Below are positions 16,812 to 26,477 of a stretch of 64,000 nt of DNA, piece after piece. Position 1 is the first letter of the stretch; every line of letters begins with the position of its first letter. The notes beneath the pieces were generated by a model. It was given only the letters and a program-made list of their open reading frames with translations, ran no database searches and had not been told where the DNA came from. The stretch lies in sequence record DRR723986_1737. One strand, written 5' to 3'. The translations under genes were made by a program, and so were the position numbers.

Positions 16812-19664
16812 ATGAGTAGCAAGGAGCACTCAATGAAGCCAATGACAAACTGGCGGCGCGGTGTATATAGCGTAACTCTGGCGGGTTTGGTGCTGGCGTC
16901 AGGTTGGGCGAGTGCTGCGACGGTTGTGGTTGGGCGCGACCAGGCCTTGCAGTTTAATGACCAAACTATTGTCAGTATCGATGTGCTCGGCTCCGATCAG
17001 GTCGGCGGCGATGTCGATGCCTTGCTGTCGCCCTTCGCCGCCCAGGGCGTATGCCTCACGTATGCCTTCGACGACCAGAAAGTGCTGAATTACGATGTGC
17101 GGCTGGCGTTGTTTGATGCGAGCGGTAATATCGTCGACCTGCCGATTGTCAATGTGACCAATGGCTATTTTTCCGGCGTGGATACGAGCTGTGGTGTGGT
17201 TAATCCTCCGATCCCGGTGCCACCGCCCAACAACCCTCCGGTCGCAGTAGACGACCCCTACGGCAGCGATTTTGCGGGGAAGAACGTACTCAGCAACGAC
17301 TTTGACCCGGATGGCGACCTGTTGACCGCGCTGCTGGTGCAGAACCCGCAGAACGGCAGTGTGCAGCTAAACCCCAACGGAACCTTCACCTACACCCCGA
17401 ACCCGGATTTCCAGGGGGTCGACTCCTTTGTCTATCGGGCCTCTGACGGCACCGATATCAGTGATTTCGCCACGGTCTCCCTGGAGGTAATCCTCGGTAA
17501 TCGCGCGCCGGTCGCGGTGGATGACAGCTTCGGCGCGGATATCACCGGCAGGAGCGTGCTGACCAACGACAGCGATCCGGACGATGACCCCTTGACCGCC
17601 GTGCTGGTCAGTCCACCGACGCAGGGCAGCTTTCAGTTCAACCCTGACGGCACCTTCTCCTATGTAGCCCCCGAAGGGTTTGTTGGCACGGTCAGTTTTA
17701 CCTACCGCGCGAATGACGGTGAGCTGGACAGCAATATCGCCAGTGCCACGTTCGCCGTTGATGTACCCAACAGCGCACCGGTCGCGGTTGATGACAGTTT
17801 CGGCCAGGATTTTGCCGCCAAGAGCGTGCTGGATAATGATAGCGACCCGGATGGCGATAAGCTGGCAGCGGAGCTGGAGAGCGGCGCGTCCAATGGCGTG
17901 GTCAGTTTGAGCCCTGACGGGACTTTCACCTACGTTGCCAATGTCGGTTTCTTTGGCGAAGACAGTTTCACCTATCGCGCCAGTGATGGAGAGCTGGTCA
18001 GCGACATTGCCACGGTGACGTTCTCCAATCGACCAACGGAGAACGTTCCGCCTCAGGCGCAGGACGCCACGCTCGAGGGGGGCACAACGTCCGGAAACGT
18101 ACTGGACAATGCAGTGGATCCCAACGGCGATGAGCTGATCGCCATCCTGGTGGAAGACGTCAAGAACGGCCGCCTGCAGCTGAATGCAGATGGCAGCTTT
18201 GAATACACTCCGTTCGCGGGTTTTATCGGCGAGGACCGGTTTGTCTACAAGGTTCGCGATCGGGCGCCAGACGATGATGCGGGTCTGGAGTCAAACCCCG
18301 CCAACGTCAACATCATTCTCAAGGGCGGCGATGAGGTAGACGATGGGGTTACCGGTAAGGTCGATGAAGATGGCTATTCCGTGGAGCAGAATGCCACCCC
18401 GAATGAGCTGATACTCTCGCGCAGGATCGATGACATCTGCCCCCGGCTGATGCCCGTCACCGACGGCCAGCGAGACCTTAAAACCCTGTGCGGCAACCTG
18501 CGCAGCCAGGGTACTACCGCACGCCAGGCGGTCGAAGCGCTCAAAGCCATAACGCCGGAGGAGTACGCGGTGTTGGCGCGTACCTTCAAGGTGCTTTCCC
18601 TGTCCCGTTTCCGCAATCTGGGGGCGCGGATCGCGCGGGTGCGGGAAGGCTCGCGGGGTCTCAGCATAGCCGGTTTGAATATCAACATGGGGGACACCCG
18701 TGTATCCGGTAGCGAACTCGACGCGATGCTGAACGAAACCCTGGCGTCCCTCGGCGGCGGAGCCAGTGCGGACGAGGCGAATGACTTCGGTAACCTCGGC
18801 CTGTTTATTCGCGGAGACCTCAATTTTGGCGATCAGGACGAAACCGCGCTGGAGTCCGCCTTTGACTTCGATGCCCAGAGTTTGACGGTGGGCGCCGACT
18901 ACCGGATTACCGACAACCTGTTCGGTGGTGCCTCAGTGAGCTTCGGCTGGTCTGAGGTGGATTTCGACAACAACGGCGGCAAGATCGAAACGGATAACTA
19001 CGCCGTGTCAGTCTATGGCAGTTACTACACTCAGGGCTCGCTGTATTTCGACGGCATCTTCAACTACGGCTGGTCCGAGATCGACACCGAGCGCAATATT
19101 GTTTACCGCGACTTCGGCGGCACGGTGGATCGGCAGGCCCAGGGTTCGACCGACGGCGACGAGATCTATGTCAGCTTCAATGGCGGTTATAACTTCAATC
19201 GCAACGCGCTGAATATTGACCCGGGCGTGCGCTTTTTCTACATGGACGGCAACGTCGATGGCTTTACCGAAAGTGGGGCAGGGGGCTGGGATCTCGCGGT
19301 CGACGACCAGAGTTTCAAATCCATCAGCCTGAGTGCCAATGCCCAGGTCAGCTATACCTTTACCCCGAGCTGGGGCGTGATCAGCCCTTATGCGCGACTG
19401 GAATACACCTACGAATTTGAAGATGACGCGCAGGGTATCCGCTATCGCTTCGCTAACGACCCGTTTACCGATGACCCGGGCGGCGGCAAGATGCGCCTGG
19501 AGGGCCAAATCTACGATTCGAGCTACCTGATGTACACCGTCGGTGTGGCCAGCCAGTTTATTTACGGTATTAGCGGCTTTGCGACCTACCAGGTGCTGGG
19601 CGGCTACGATGACCTGTCCAGTGAGTCCCTGTCGGTTGGCTTGCGTTGGGAGCTGACATTCTAA
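16812..19664 (+). CDS. Autotransporter-type outer membrane protein with four Ig/cadherin-like (tandem-95/Big_9) repeats
   Basis: Signal peptide; four ~90-aa N.APVAVDD...NDSDPDGD...DGTFTY repeats; ~290-aa beta-barrel ending LRWELTF. Confidence 0.88.
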   Translation: MSSKEHSMKPMTNWRRGVYSVTLAGLVLASGWASAATVVVGRDQALQFNDQTIVSIDVLGSDQVGGDVDALLSPFAAQGVCLTYAFDDQKVLNYDVRLALFDASGNIVDLPIVNVTNGYFSGVDTSCGVVNPPIPVPPPNNPPVAVDDPYGSDFAGKNVLSNDFDPDGDLLTALLVQNPQNGSVQLNPNGTFTYTPNPDFQGVDSFVYRASDGTDISDFATVSLEVILGNRAPVAVDDSFGADITGRSVLTNDSDPDDDPLTAVLVSPPTQGSFQFNPDGTFSYVAPEGFVGTVSFTYRANDGELDSNIASATFAVDVPNSAPVAVDDSFGQDFAAKSVLDNDSDPDGDKLAAELESGASNGVVSLSPDGTFTYVANVGFFGEDSFTYRASDGELVSDIATVTFSNRPTENVPPQAQDATLEGGTTSGNVLDNAVDPNGDELIAILVEDVKNGRLQLNADGSFEYTPFAGFIGEDRFVYKVRDRAPDDDAGLESNPANVNIILKGGDEVDDGVTGKVDEDGYSVEQNATPNELILSRRIDDICPRLMPVTDGQRDLKTLCGNLRSQGTTARQAVEALKAITPEEYAVLARTFKVLSLSRFRNLGARIARVREGSRGLSIAGLNINMGDTRVSGSELDAMLNETLASLGGGASADEANDFGNLGLFIRGDLNFGDQDETALESAFDFDAQSLTVGADYRITDNLFGGASVSFGWSEVDFDNNGGKIETDNYAVSVYGSYYTQGSLYFDGIFNYGWSEIDTERNIVYRDFGGTVDRQAQGSTDGDEIYVSFNGGYNFNRNALNIDPGVRFFYMDGNVDGFTESGAGGWDLAVDDQSFKSISLSANAQVSYTFTPSWGVISPYARLEYTYEFEDDAQGIRYRFANDPFTDDPGGGKMRLEGQIYDSSYLMYTVGVASQFIYGISGFATYQVLGGYDDLSSESLSVGLRWELTF
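17229..18315 (+). repeat. Four tandem ~270-bp Ig-like domain repeats
   Basis: Repeat starts at 17229, 17499, 17769 and 18042. Confidence 0.85.
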
Positions 19665-19722
19665 TGAGCAGGTCGGGTAAAGTGAGCACATTCGTCGACG
19701 TTACAGTAACGGGGAAAACATC

Positions 19723-21801
19723 ATGGCAACGCTAGGTATATCGGATCGTGCTTTCGGTAACGTTGGCATCTCTATCACCGAGGACCTGGACCTTGTGCAG
19801 ATCGCGGCGGACCTGTCGGCCGTGCTGGGTGTGCCTTTCAGCTTTGATGGCCTGAACCTGACCGCGCTGCAGGATCCGCAGCGTTTAGGGTTGATTACAG
19901 CGTCAGGTAACGTTGATCCCGCTGCGCCGGACACGCTGGTGCTCGGCGACGCGGGCTTTCTCAGCCCGGCGACAGCCAATGGCACCGGCGATGCTGTCAG
20001 CCTGTTTGAACGCCTTGCCTTAACTGATGACACGATGGATGGGTTTGCCGAGTTGCTCGTGCCGTTTTTCGAGTTGCAGCAGATTCCAACTAACTATGAT
20101 CTTTCTATCGACCGCGATGCGGCCGACCCCCACATCGCTGCAGGCTTTACTCAGTCCTATTACAGCTACTACAGTGGTAGCGGTTATTACTTCCAGTTCG
20201 TCCTGACAGGTCCGGACGAAGCGCAGATCGACATTGACACCAGCGTGTCTGATTTCGATTTCAGCCGGCTCGCAGGCTGGCAGGCATACGTTTATATCAG
20301 CGACACCCAGGACGCCACAGTCATCGGCAGCGCGCAGGATGACAAGATTTTTGGTGGCGATGGCAATGACTCGATTGTTGGCGGCTTGGGTAATGATGCC
20401 CTGACGGGAGGGCGGGGTACCAATACTGTTGACGGCGGCGAGGGTGATGACTTCCTGATTTCCACCGTGAACCCGGTTTTGATCGATTTTCAGGTCGGTC
20501 TGGTTGGCGACGCGCAGGATTCTCTCATCGGCGGCCCTGGTAATGACGGGCTGTCTGCTGTGCTGCCCGGGACAAAAACATTCGATGGGGGTGCCGGCAA
20601 GGACACGCTGTTCACCGGCCCTGGCCAGATCAGTCTCACTGGCGGCACAGAGTCAGACCGTTTTTACCTGGCGCGCGAAGATCAGCAGTTCGATTTTGAC
20701 TCCGACCCTAACCTTGATGCTCCCTACGTTATTGGTGGTATCCCCTACTTGCTTGGATTTGGCGAAGACGCCGTCGGCGGCACGCCGACAGGTGATCTGC
20801 TCGACAGAGATACCATCGAGGACTTCAGTAGCGCCAGTAACCTCGCAGTACCTGCGGGTCAAGCCGATCTGGTGGTTGCACAGGTTGATGTGGATGCTCT
20901 TGACCAACAGCTATCCAGGGACTTTTCGTTTGACACCAGTGGCAGTGAAGGCGGTGTCGCTACTGCGAGTTTTGTCGAGCAGCGGTTCGATATCGACCTT
21001 GGCAGCATTATTTACCAGGATCAGACACTGCTCGATACCGCCGATGCGATCAGCTTTGATGACCTGTTGATCAGGGTGGTTCCTCCGGATGCGGATGCAT
21101 TTTTCTCTGTGGCTTCGGTAGATTTTCTCGACTTTGGTCGAGAGATATTTGCTTCTGCAAGCGGTGAGTCTATATCGCGACCCGGATCCTTTGAGCTGGC
21201 TTTCTGGGGTAATCCTGGCAGCACTGCACAGTCGCTGGCATTCACAGAGGAGTTAAATGGGCAGGGCCAGTTGGTAAACGTGCCGGATTATTTTGTTCTC
21301 ACGAACTTCCGGCTTGCGGCTACTGATGAGGCAGTGCAGCCGGATCGGGTTCTCGATGGACAAGATAAGATCGACCTGACTTACTTTGGGTTCACCGGCG
21401 CCGCCATTGGGGACATTCTGTTCACCTCGATCGAGCTGTTTGAAGATCAGGCCTATACCAATGCGACGACTGCGAGTGACTTCTTTGCTGACGCGGGTGC
21501 TGGGGTTGATCGTGCCGTTCATGTGGAGAAATATTTTTTTGGTGAAGGGTTGGACGTCAATATCTATGTCGATACGGACGGTAATGGAGATTACGACCCA
21601 TTTGTCGACCTGTTCTTCCAGCTACAAGACCCGACTTACCAGGGCGGGAATACGCCTGTTGGAATTGGCCTGACCGCCGCCGATCTCTATAACGACCCCG
21701 CTGCTGACGGTTCGGGCTCTGGTATTTTTATCTTTAATACCGAGCAGTATGATCTCTGGTTCGACCCTGGCCTGGAGCCGCCGTCAATTGGAATAGGCTA
21801 G
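19723..21801 (+). CDS. Acidic RTX (Ca2+-binding nonapeptide) protein, probable type I secretion substrate
   Basis: GGDGND, GGLGND, GGEGDD, GGPGND, GGAGKD repeats; DKIDL; no signal peptide; 9 bp upstream of the ABC exporter. Confidence 0.85.
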   Translation: MATLGISDRAFGNVGISITEDLDLVQIAADLSAVLGVPFSFDGLNLTALQDPQRLGLITASGNVDPAAPDTLVLGDAGFLSPATANGTGDAVSLFERLALTDDTMDGFAELLVPFFELQQIPTNYDLSIDRDAADPHIAAGFTQSYYSYYSGSGYYFQFVLTGPDEAQIDIDTSVSDFDFSRLAGWQAYVYISDTQDATVIGSAQDDKIFGGDGNDSIVGGLGNDALTGGRGTNTVDGGEGDDFLISTVNPVLIDFQVGLVGDAQDSLIGGPGNDGLSAVLPGTKTFDGGAGKDTLFTGPGQISLTGGTESDRFYLAREDQQFDFDSDPNLDAPYVIGGIPYLLGFGEDAVGGTPTGDLLDRDTIEDFSSASNLAVPAGQADLVVAQVDVDALDQQLSRDFSFDTSGSEGGVATASFVEQRFDIDLGSIIYQDQTLLDTADAISFDDLLIRVVPPDADAFFSVASVDFLDFGREIFASASGESISRPGSFELAFWGNPGSTAQSLAFTEELNGQGQLVNVPDYFVLTNFRLAATDEAVQPDRVLDGQDKIDLTYFGFTGAAIGDILFTSIELFEDQAYTNATTASDFFADAGAGVDRAVHVEKYFFGEGLDVNIYVDTDGNGDYDPFVDLFFQLQDPTYQGGNTPVGIGLTAADLYNDPAADGSGSGIFIFNTEQYDLWFDPGLEPPSIGIG

Positions 21802-21810
21802 GACTGCCCA

Positions 21811-23550
21811 ATGAGCAGGACGTTCGATCGCGCGACAATCCAGCGGTCGCTGAAGAGCTCCCTGCTCTGGGTCGGCCTGTTCAGCCTGTTTATCAACCTG
21901 CTGATGTTGGTCCCTGCATTCTATATGCTGCAGGTTTACGACCGGGTGATCACCAGCGGCAGCACGTCGACGCTTGTCATGCTCAGTCTGATCCTGGTGC
22001 TGTTGTTGACCACCCTGGGCGCGCTCGAGTGGGTCCGCTCCCAGATCCTGGTGCGCCTGGGCACCCGGGTCGAGGTTATGCTCGACGAGCGCCTGTTCGA
22101 TATTTCCCACCGTCAGGCCCTGTACAGCGGCGGTGCCAATGCCGGTGGCAGCTTGCTCAACGATTTGTCCGGGCTCAGGCGCTTTCTTTCCGGTCACGCC
22201 CTGTTCGCATTATTCGATGCGCCCTGGCTGCCGGTTTACTTGCTCGTCATGTATCTGTTCCATCCGCTGTTCGGCCTGGTTGGCCTGGTCACCGCCGGCG
22301 TCTTGCTGGCGTTGGCCTGGTTTAACGAGCGGATCACGGGGGCAGCGACCGCTGAGTCAGTTACCGCCTCGCGGGGTGCGGCTGATTTTGTTTCCCGCAA
22401 CCTGCGTAATGCCGAAGCCATCGAAGCCATGGGTATGCTCGGCAATATCCGTGAGCGCTGGCTGGGTCACCAGGCCACTGCGCTGGCGGCGCACAGTCGT
22501 GCCAGCCGCCGCGGTGGTGCCGTGTCCGCTTTCTCCCGCGTGTTTCGCCTCACTGTGCAGTCCCTGGTACTGGGCCTCGGTGCCTGGCTGGTTATTGGTC
22601 AGCAGATTACGCCGGGGCTGATGATCGCCGGTTCTATCCTGTTGGGTCGCGCGCTGGCGCCGGTGGATATGCTGATCGGCAGTTGGCGCCAGTTTGTCCA
22701 GGCGCGGGAGGACTACGGTCGTCTCAAGACCATGCTGGACAAGGTCCCGGCCGACAGGGAAAGAATGCCGCTGCCAGCGCCTGGCGGGGCACTTTCCCTG
22801 GAACACCTGACGGTGGCACCGCCCGGCAGCCGAACGCCGGTGCTGCGTGACGTGAGCCTGGCGATTGCCCCGGGGGAGCTGGTCGGCGTTATCGGCGCCA
22901 ATTCCTCGGGCAAGACCACCCTGGCGCGGGCAGTGCTGGGAATCTGGCCGCCACTAGCCGGCAGTGTCCGCCTGGACGGGGCCAAGCTGAGCGATTGGGA
23001 TAGAGAGGCGCTGGGGCCGCACGTGGGCTATATGCCACAGGATATCGAGCTGTTCGATGGCACAGTGGCGGAGAATATCGCCCGTTTTGGCGTGGTAGGC
23101 CCGGAGGCGGTTGTATTGGCGGCAAGGCTTGCGGGGGTGCACGATATGATTCTGCGCCTGCCGGCTGGCTACGATACATCGGTGGGGCCGGGTGGTTCCG
23201 TGATGTCTGCGGGACAGCGTCAGCGTATTGCCCTGGCCAGGGCCTTCTATGGTTCGCCAAGCCTCGTCGTGCTGGACGAGCCCAATTCAAATCTCGATGA
23301 CTCCGGCGAAGCGGCCCTGCTGGCAGGTCTGCGGGAGCTCAGGCAGTTGGGCACCACGGTGCTGGTTATCTCCCATCGCAACACGATTCTCGCCGTGGTG
23401 GATAAGCTGATCCTCCTGCACCAGGGCGCCCTCGTGGAGGCCGGTCCCAAGGAAGCGGTGCTGAAGACCTTGAACAAGAAGATTGCCTCGATGCAGGCCC
23501 ACCGCGCGCGCAGCCAGGTGGCCGGCTCTGGAGAGTCAGGCGATGACTGA
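21811..23550 (+). CDS. prtD: Type I secretion ABC transporter (PrtD/AprD/RsaD family)
   Basis: YMLQVYDRV, FDAPW, GRALAP, GYMPQDIELFDGT, Walker A GANSSGKT, LDEPNSNLD. Confidence 0.93.
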   Translation: MSRTFDRATIQRSLKSSLLWVGLFSLFINLLMLVPAFYMLQVYDRVITSGSTSTLVMLSLILVLLLTTLGALEWVRSQILVRLGTRVEVMLDERLFDISHRQALYSGGANAGGSLLNDLSGLRRFLSGHALFALFDAPWLPVYLLVMYLFHPLFGLVGLVTAGVLLALAWFNERITGAATAESVTASRGAADFVSRNLRNAEAIEAMGMLGNIRERWLGHQATALAAHSRASRRGGAVSAFSRVFRLTVQSLVLGLGAWLVIGQQITPGLMIAGSILLGRALAPVDMLIGSWRQFVQAREDYGRLKTMLDKVPADRERMPLPAPGGALSLEHLTVAPPGSRTPVLRDVSLAIAPGELVGVIGANSSGKTTLARAVLGIWPPLAGSVRLDGAKLSDWDREALGPHVGYMPQDIELFDGTVAENIARFGVVGPEAVVLAARLAGVHDMILRLPAGYDTSVGPGGSVMSAGQRQRIALARAFYGSPSLVVLDEPNSNLDDSGEAALLAGLRELRQLGTTVLVISHRNTILAVVDKLILLHQGALVEAGPKEAVLKTLNKKIASMQAHRARSQVAGSGESGDD

Positions 23551-24862
23551 GCTCGCCGCAGCCAGGGCCCTGGACTCGCTGCCGGTATCGGATCGCGGCG
23601 TGCGACGCATTGGCCTGCTGATACTGTTCCTGACCTTCGGTGTATTCGGCAGCTGGGCGGCCCTGGCGCCGCTGGAGAGCGCAGCGCTTGCTCCCGGCGT
23701 GGTCAAGGTCAAGAACTACCGGAAGACCGTACAGCATCTCGAGGGCGGTATCGTCCGCGACATCCTTGTCAGGGAGGGTGCATCGGTACAGGCGGGTGAT
23801 CCGCTTGTCGTCCTGGACGATACGCAATATCGCGCAGAGCGCCAGTTGCTGCGGGGACAGTACCTGTCCCTGCGTGCCCTGGAAGCTCGCCTGTTGGCTG
23901 AGCGTGCCGGTCTCGCGGAGGTGGCGTATCCGGCGGAGCTGACTGGCGGTGACGAAGCCCGCATCGCCGAGGCCATCGCCAGCCAGAATGCCGTCTTCGA
24001 GGCTGGTCGCAACGCCCGCGCCGGCGAGCGCGCCGTGCTGGAACAGCGGGTTGAGCAGCTGCAGTCCCAGATCGCGGGAATACGGTCTGTGTATGACAGC
24101 AATCTGCAGCTTATCGCGTCCTATGAGACCGAGATGGCGGAGTTGCGAGTACTGCTCGAAAAAGGCTTTACCGGCAAGCAGCGCTTTACCGAGGTGGAGC
24201 GGGATCATGCCAGGATCCTGGGCACCAATGCCGAGGCGCTGGCGGATATCGCCGCCAACGAAATACGCGTCGGAGAAACCCGGCTGCAGATCCTGCAGCT
24301 CGATAAATACCAGCAGACAGAAATCGCCGACGAGTTGGGCGAGGCGCAGTCCGACATCAATGATCTTGCCGAGCGGCTGCGCGTGGTGCAGGACAAGCTG
24401 GACCGAACCACGGTGCGCGCGCCTGTTGCCGGTGTGGTATTGGGTATGTCGGTACACACCGTCGGCGGTGTTATCGCCCCCGGTACCCCTCTGCTGGATA
24501 TCGTTCCTGAAGACCAGCAACTGGTGGTAGATGCGGAGGTTTCCCCGATGGATATCGATCGCGTGCGCAAGGGAACGCCGGCGCGCATCCGTTTCAGTGC
24601 TTTCAGCAGCGCGGTAACGCCGATGGTTGACGGTACCGTGATCAATGTCTCCGCTGATCGCCTGCTCAACCCCGAGACGGGTGCGCCTTATTACCTGGCA
24701 CAGGTCGAAGTCGAGCAGTCAGCCGGCGACGACATGGAGGAGTTTCTGCTGGTGCCTGGAATGCCGGCGGAAGTGCTCATCAGCACTGGGCACCGGACCT
24801 TGCTCCAGTACCTGGTGCAGCCGGCAAGCAACCTCGTGGCCAGGTCCCTTATCGAGGACTGA
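23543..24862 (+). CDS. prtE: Type I secretion membrane fusion protein (HlyD/PrtE family)
   Basis: N-terminal TM, VQHLEGGIV, RAPVAGVV, LVPGMPAEV; ATG overlaps the end of prtD. Confidence 0.93.
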   Translation: MTELAAARALDSLPVSDRGVRRIGLLILFLTFGVFGSWAALAPLESAALAPGVVKVKNYRKTVQHLEGGIVRDILVREGASVQAGDPLVVLDDTQYRAERQLLRGQYLSLRALEARLLAERAGLAEVAYPAELTGGDEARIAEAIASQNAVFEAGRNARAGERAVLEQRVEQLQSQIAGIRSVYDSNLQLIASYETEMAELRVLLEKGFTGKQRFTEVERDHARILGTNAEALADIAANEIRVGETRLQILQLDKYQQTEIADELGEAQSDINDLAERLRVVQDKLDRTTVRAPVAGVVLGMSVHTVGGVIAPGTPLLDIVPEDQQLVVDAEVSPMDIDRVRKGTPARIRFSAFSSAVTPMVDGTVINVSADRLLNPETGAPYYLAQVEVEQSAGDDMEEFLLVPGMPAEVLISTGHRTLLQYLVQPASNLVARSLIED

Positions 24863-24990
24863 TTAAGGAAACGCCGCCCCGGAAACTTGGCTAATTCCCA
24901 GCCATGGCCTATACAGATAGAGGCGCAGTCTCGTGTGTAGCAGCCACTGCACCATAATAATGATTAGCCTGGTCCCCAATGGAGGTCCAT

Positions 24991-26334
24991 ATGTACGACG
25001 ATCTTTCCCTCGAGCAATTTATGAAGGGGCTCAAGAAACGTAATCCCGGAGAAAAGGAATTTCACCAGGCGGTCTATGAGGTCGCGGAGTCGGTAATCCC
25101 CTTTATCCTGGAAAACCCAAGGTATCAGCAGGCGGGCATCATCGAGCGGATGACCGAGCCTGACAGGACCGTTATTTTCCGTGTGGTCTGGGAAGATGAT
25201 GACGGCAATATCCGGGTCAACAAGGGCTACCGGGTCCAGTTCAATAACTCCATCGGACCTTACAAGGGCGGCCTGCGCTTCCACCCGTCGGTCAACCTCA
25301 GCATTCTCAAATTTCTTGGCTTCGAGCAAACTTTCAAGAACAGCCTGACCACCTTGCCTATGGGTGCTGGTAAAGGTGGCGCTGACTTCAACCCCAAGGG
25401 TAAGTCTGACCGGGAGGTCATGCGTTTCTGTCAGTCTTTCATGACTGAGTTGGTGCACCATATCGGTCCCAATACTGATGTTCCCGCCGGAGATATCGGG
25501 GTTGGCGCCCGCGAGATCAGTTATATGTTCGGCCAGTACAAGCGCCTGGCGCGAGAGTTCACCGGGGTACTGACCGGCAAGGCGCTGGAGTTCGGTGGTA
25601 GCCTGATTCGTACCGAGGCTACCGGTTACGGCAATGCCTATTTCATGCAGGAGATGCTCAACCACCGTGGTGATGGTGTTGAAGGCAAGACCTGTGTGAT
25701 CTCCGGCTCCGGTAACGTGGCCACCTACTGTGCGGAGAAGATCAATCATCTCGGCGGCAAGGTGGTGACCATGTCGGATTCCACTGGCTTTATCCACGAT
25801 CCGGACGGCATCGACGCGGATAAGCTGGCCTGGATCATTGATCTGAAGACCAAGCGCCGGGGGCGTATCTCCGAGTACGCGGACCACTTTGGAGTCGATT
25901 TCCACAAGGGTAAGCGCCCCTGGGGTGTGAAATGTGACCTCGCCTTGCCCTGCGCCACCCAGAATGAGCTCGATGAGGCTGACGCCAGGGCCCTGGTGGC
26001 CAATGGCTGCATCGCTGTATCCGAGGGTGCCAACATGCCGACGACGGTAGAGGGCATCAAGGTGCTGCAGGATGCCAAGGTTCTCTATGGCCCCGGCAAG
26101 GCTGCCAACGCTGGCGGTGTGGCTGTCTCGGGTCTGGAGATGACCCAGAACAGTATTCGCATGGCCTGGACTGCGGAGGAGTTGGAGGAAAAGTTGCACA
26201 GTATCATGAAAGGGATTCACGCCCAGTGCGCCCGCCATGGCACTGAAGGCGATCATGTCAACTACGTGAAGGGCGCTAACATCGCCGGCTTTATCAAGGT
26301 GGCGGACGCAATGCTCGCCTACGGCGTCATCTAG
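24991..26334 (+). CDS. gdhA: NADP-specific glutamate dehydrogenase
   Basis: GPYKGGLRFHP, GFEQTFKNSLT, GAGKGG, DVPAGDIG, GSGNVA; GGAGG RBS before ATG 24991. Confidence 0.96.
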   Translation: MYDDLSLEQFMKGLKKRNPGEKEFHQAVYEVAESVIPFILENPRYQQAGIIERMTEPDRTVIFRVVWEDDDGNIRVNKGYRVQFNNSIGPYKGGLRFHPSVNLSILKFLGFEQTFKNSLTTLPMGAGKGGADFNPKGKSDREVMRFCQSFMTELVHHIGPNTDVPAGDIGVGAREISYMFGQYKRLAREFTGVLTGKALEFGGSLIRTEATGYGNAYFMQEMLNHRGDGVEGKTCVISGSGNVATYCAEKINHLGGKVVTMSDSTGFIHDPDGIDADKLAWIIDLKTKRRGRISEYADHFGVDFHKGKRPWGVKCDLALPCATQNELDEADARALVANGCIAVSEGANMPTTVEGIKVLQDAKVLYGPGKAANAGGVAVSGLEMTQNSIRMAWTAEELEEKLHSIMKGIHAQCARHGTEGDHVNYVKGANIAGFIKVADAMLAYGVI

Positions 26335-26477
26335 ATCCACGGCTGGTCTCACCGCAGCCGCGGCCACAGGTCACGGTTGCGGATCATCCGCCGGCCGTAT
26401 AGGCGGCGCGTTGGCTATACAATTGAATGTCACTGCGTTTGGCGTATCATCGGGGAGAGTCCCGCTGTAGCCTGATC

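Noticed and set aside
24964-26367. 467-aa ORF antisense to gdhA
   Set aside because: Mirror frame of a conserved gene; long antisense ORFs are common in GC-rich coding DNA; no motifs
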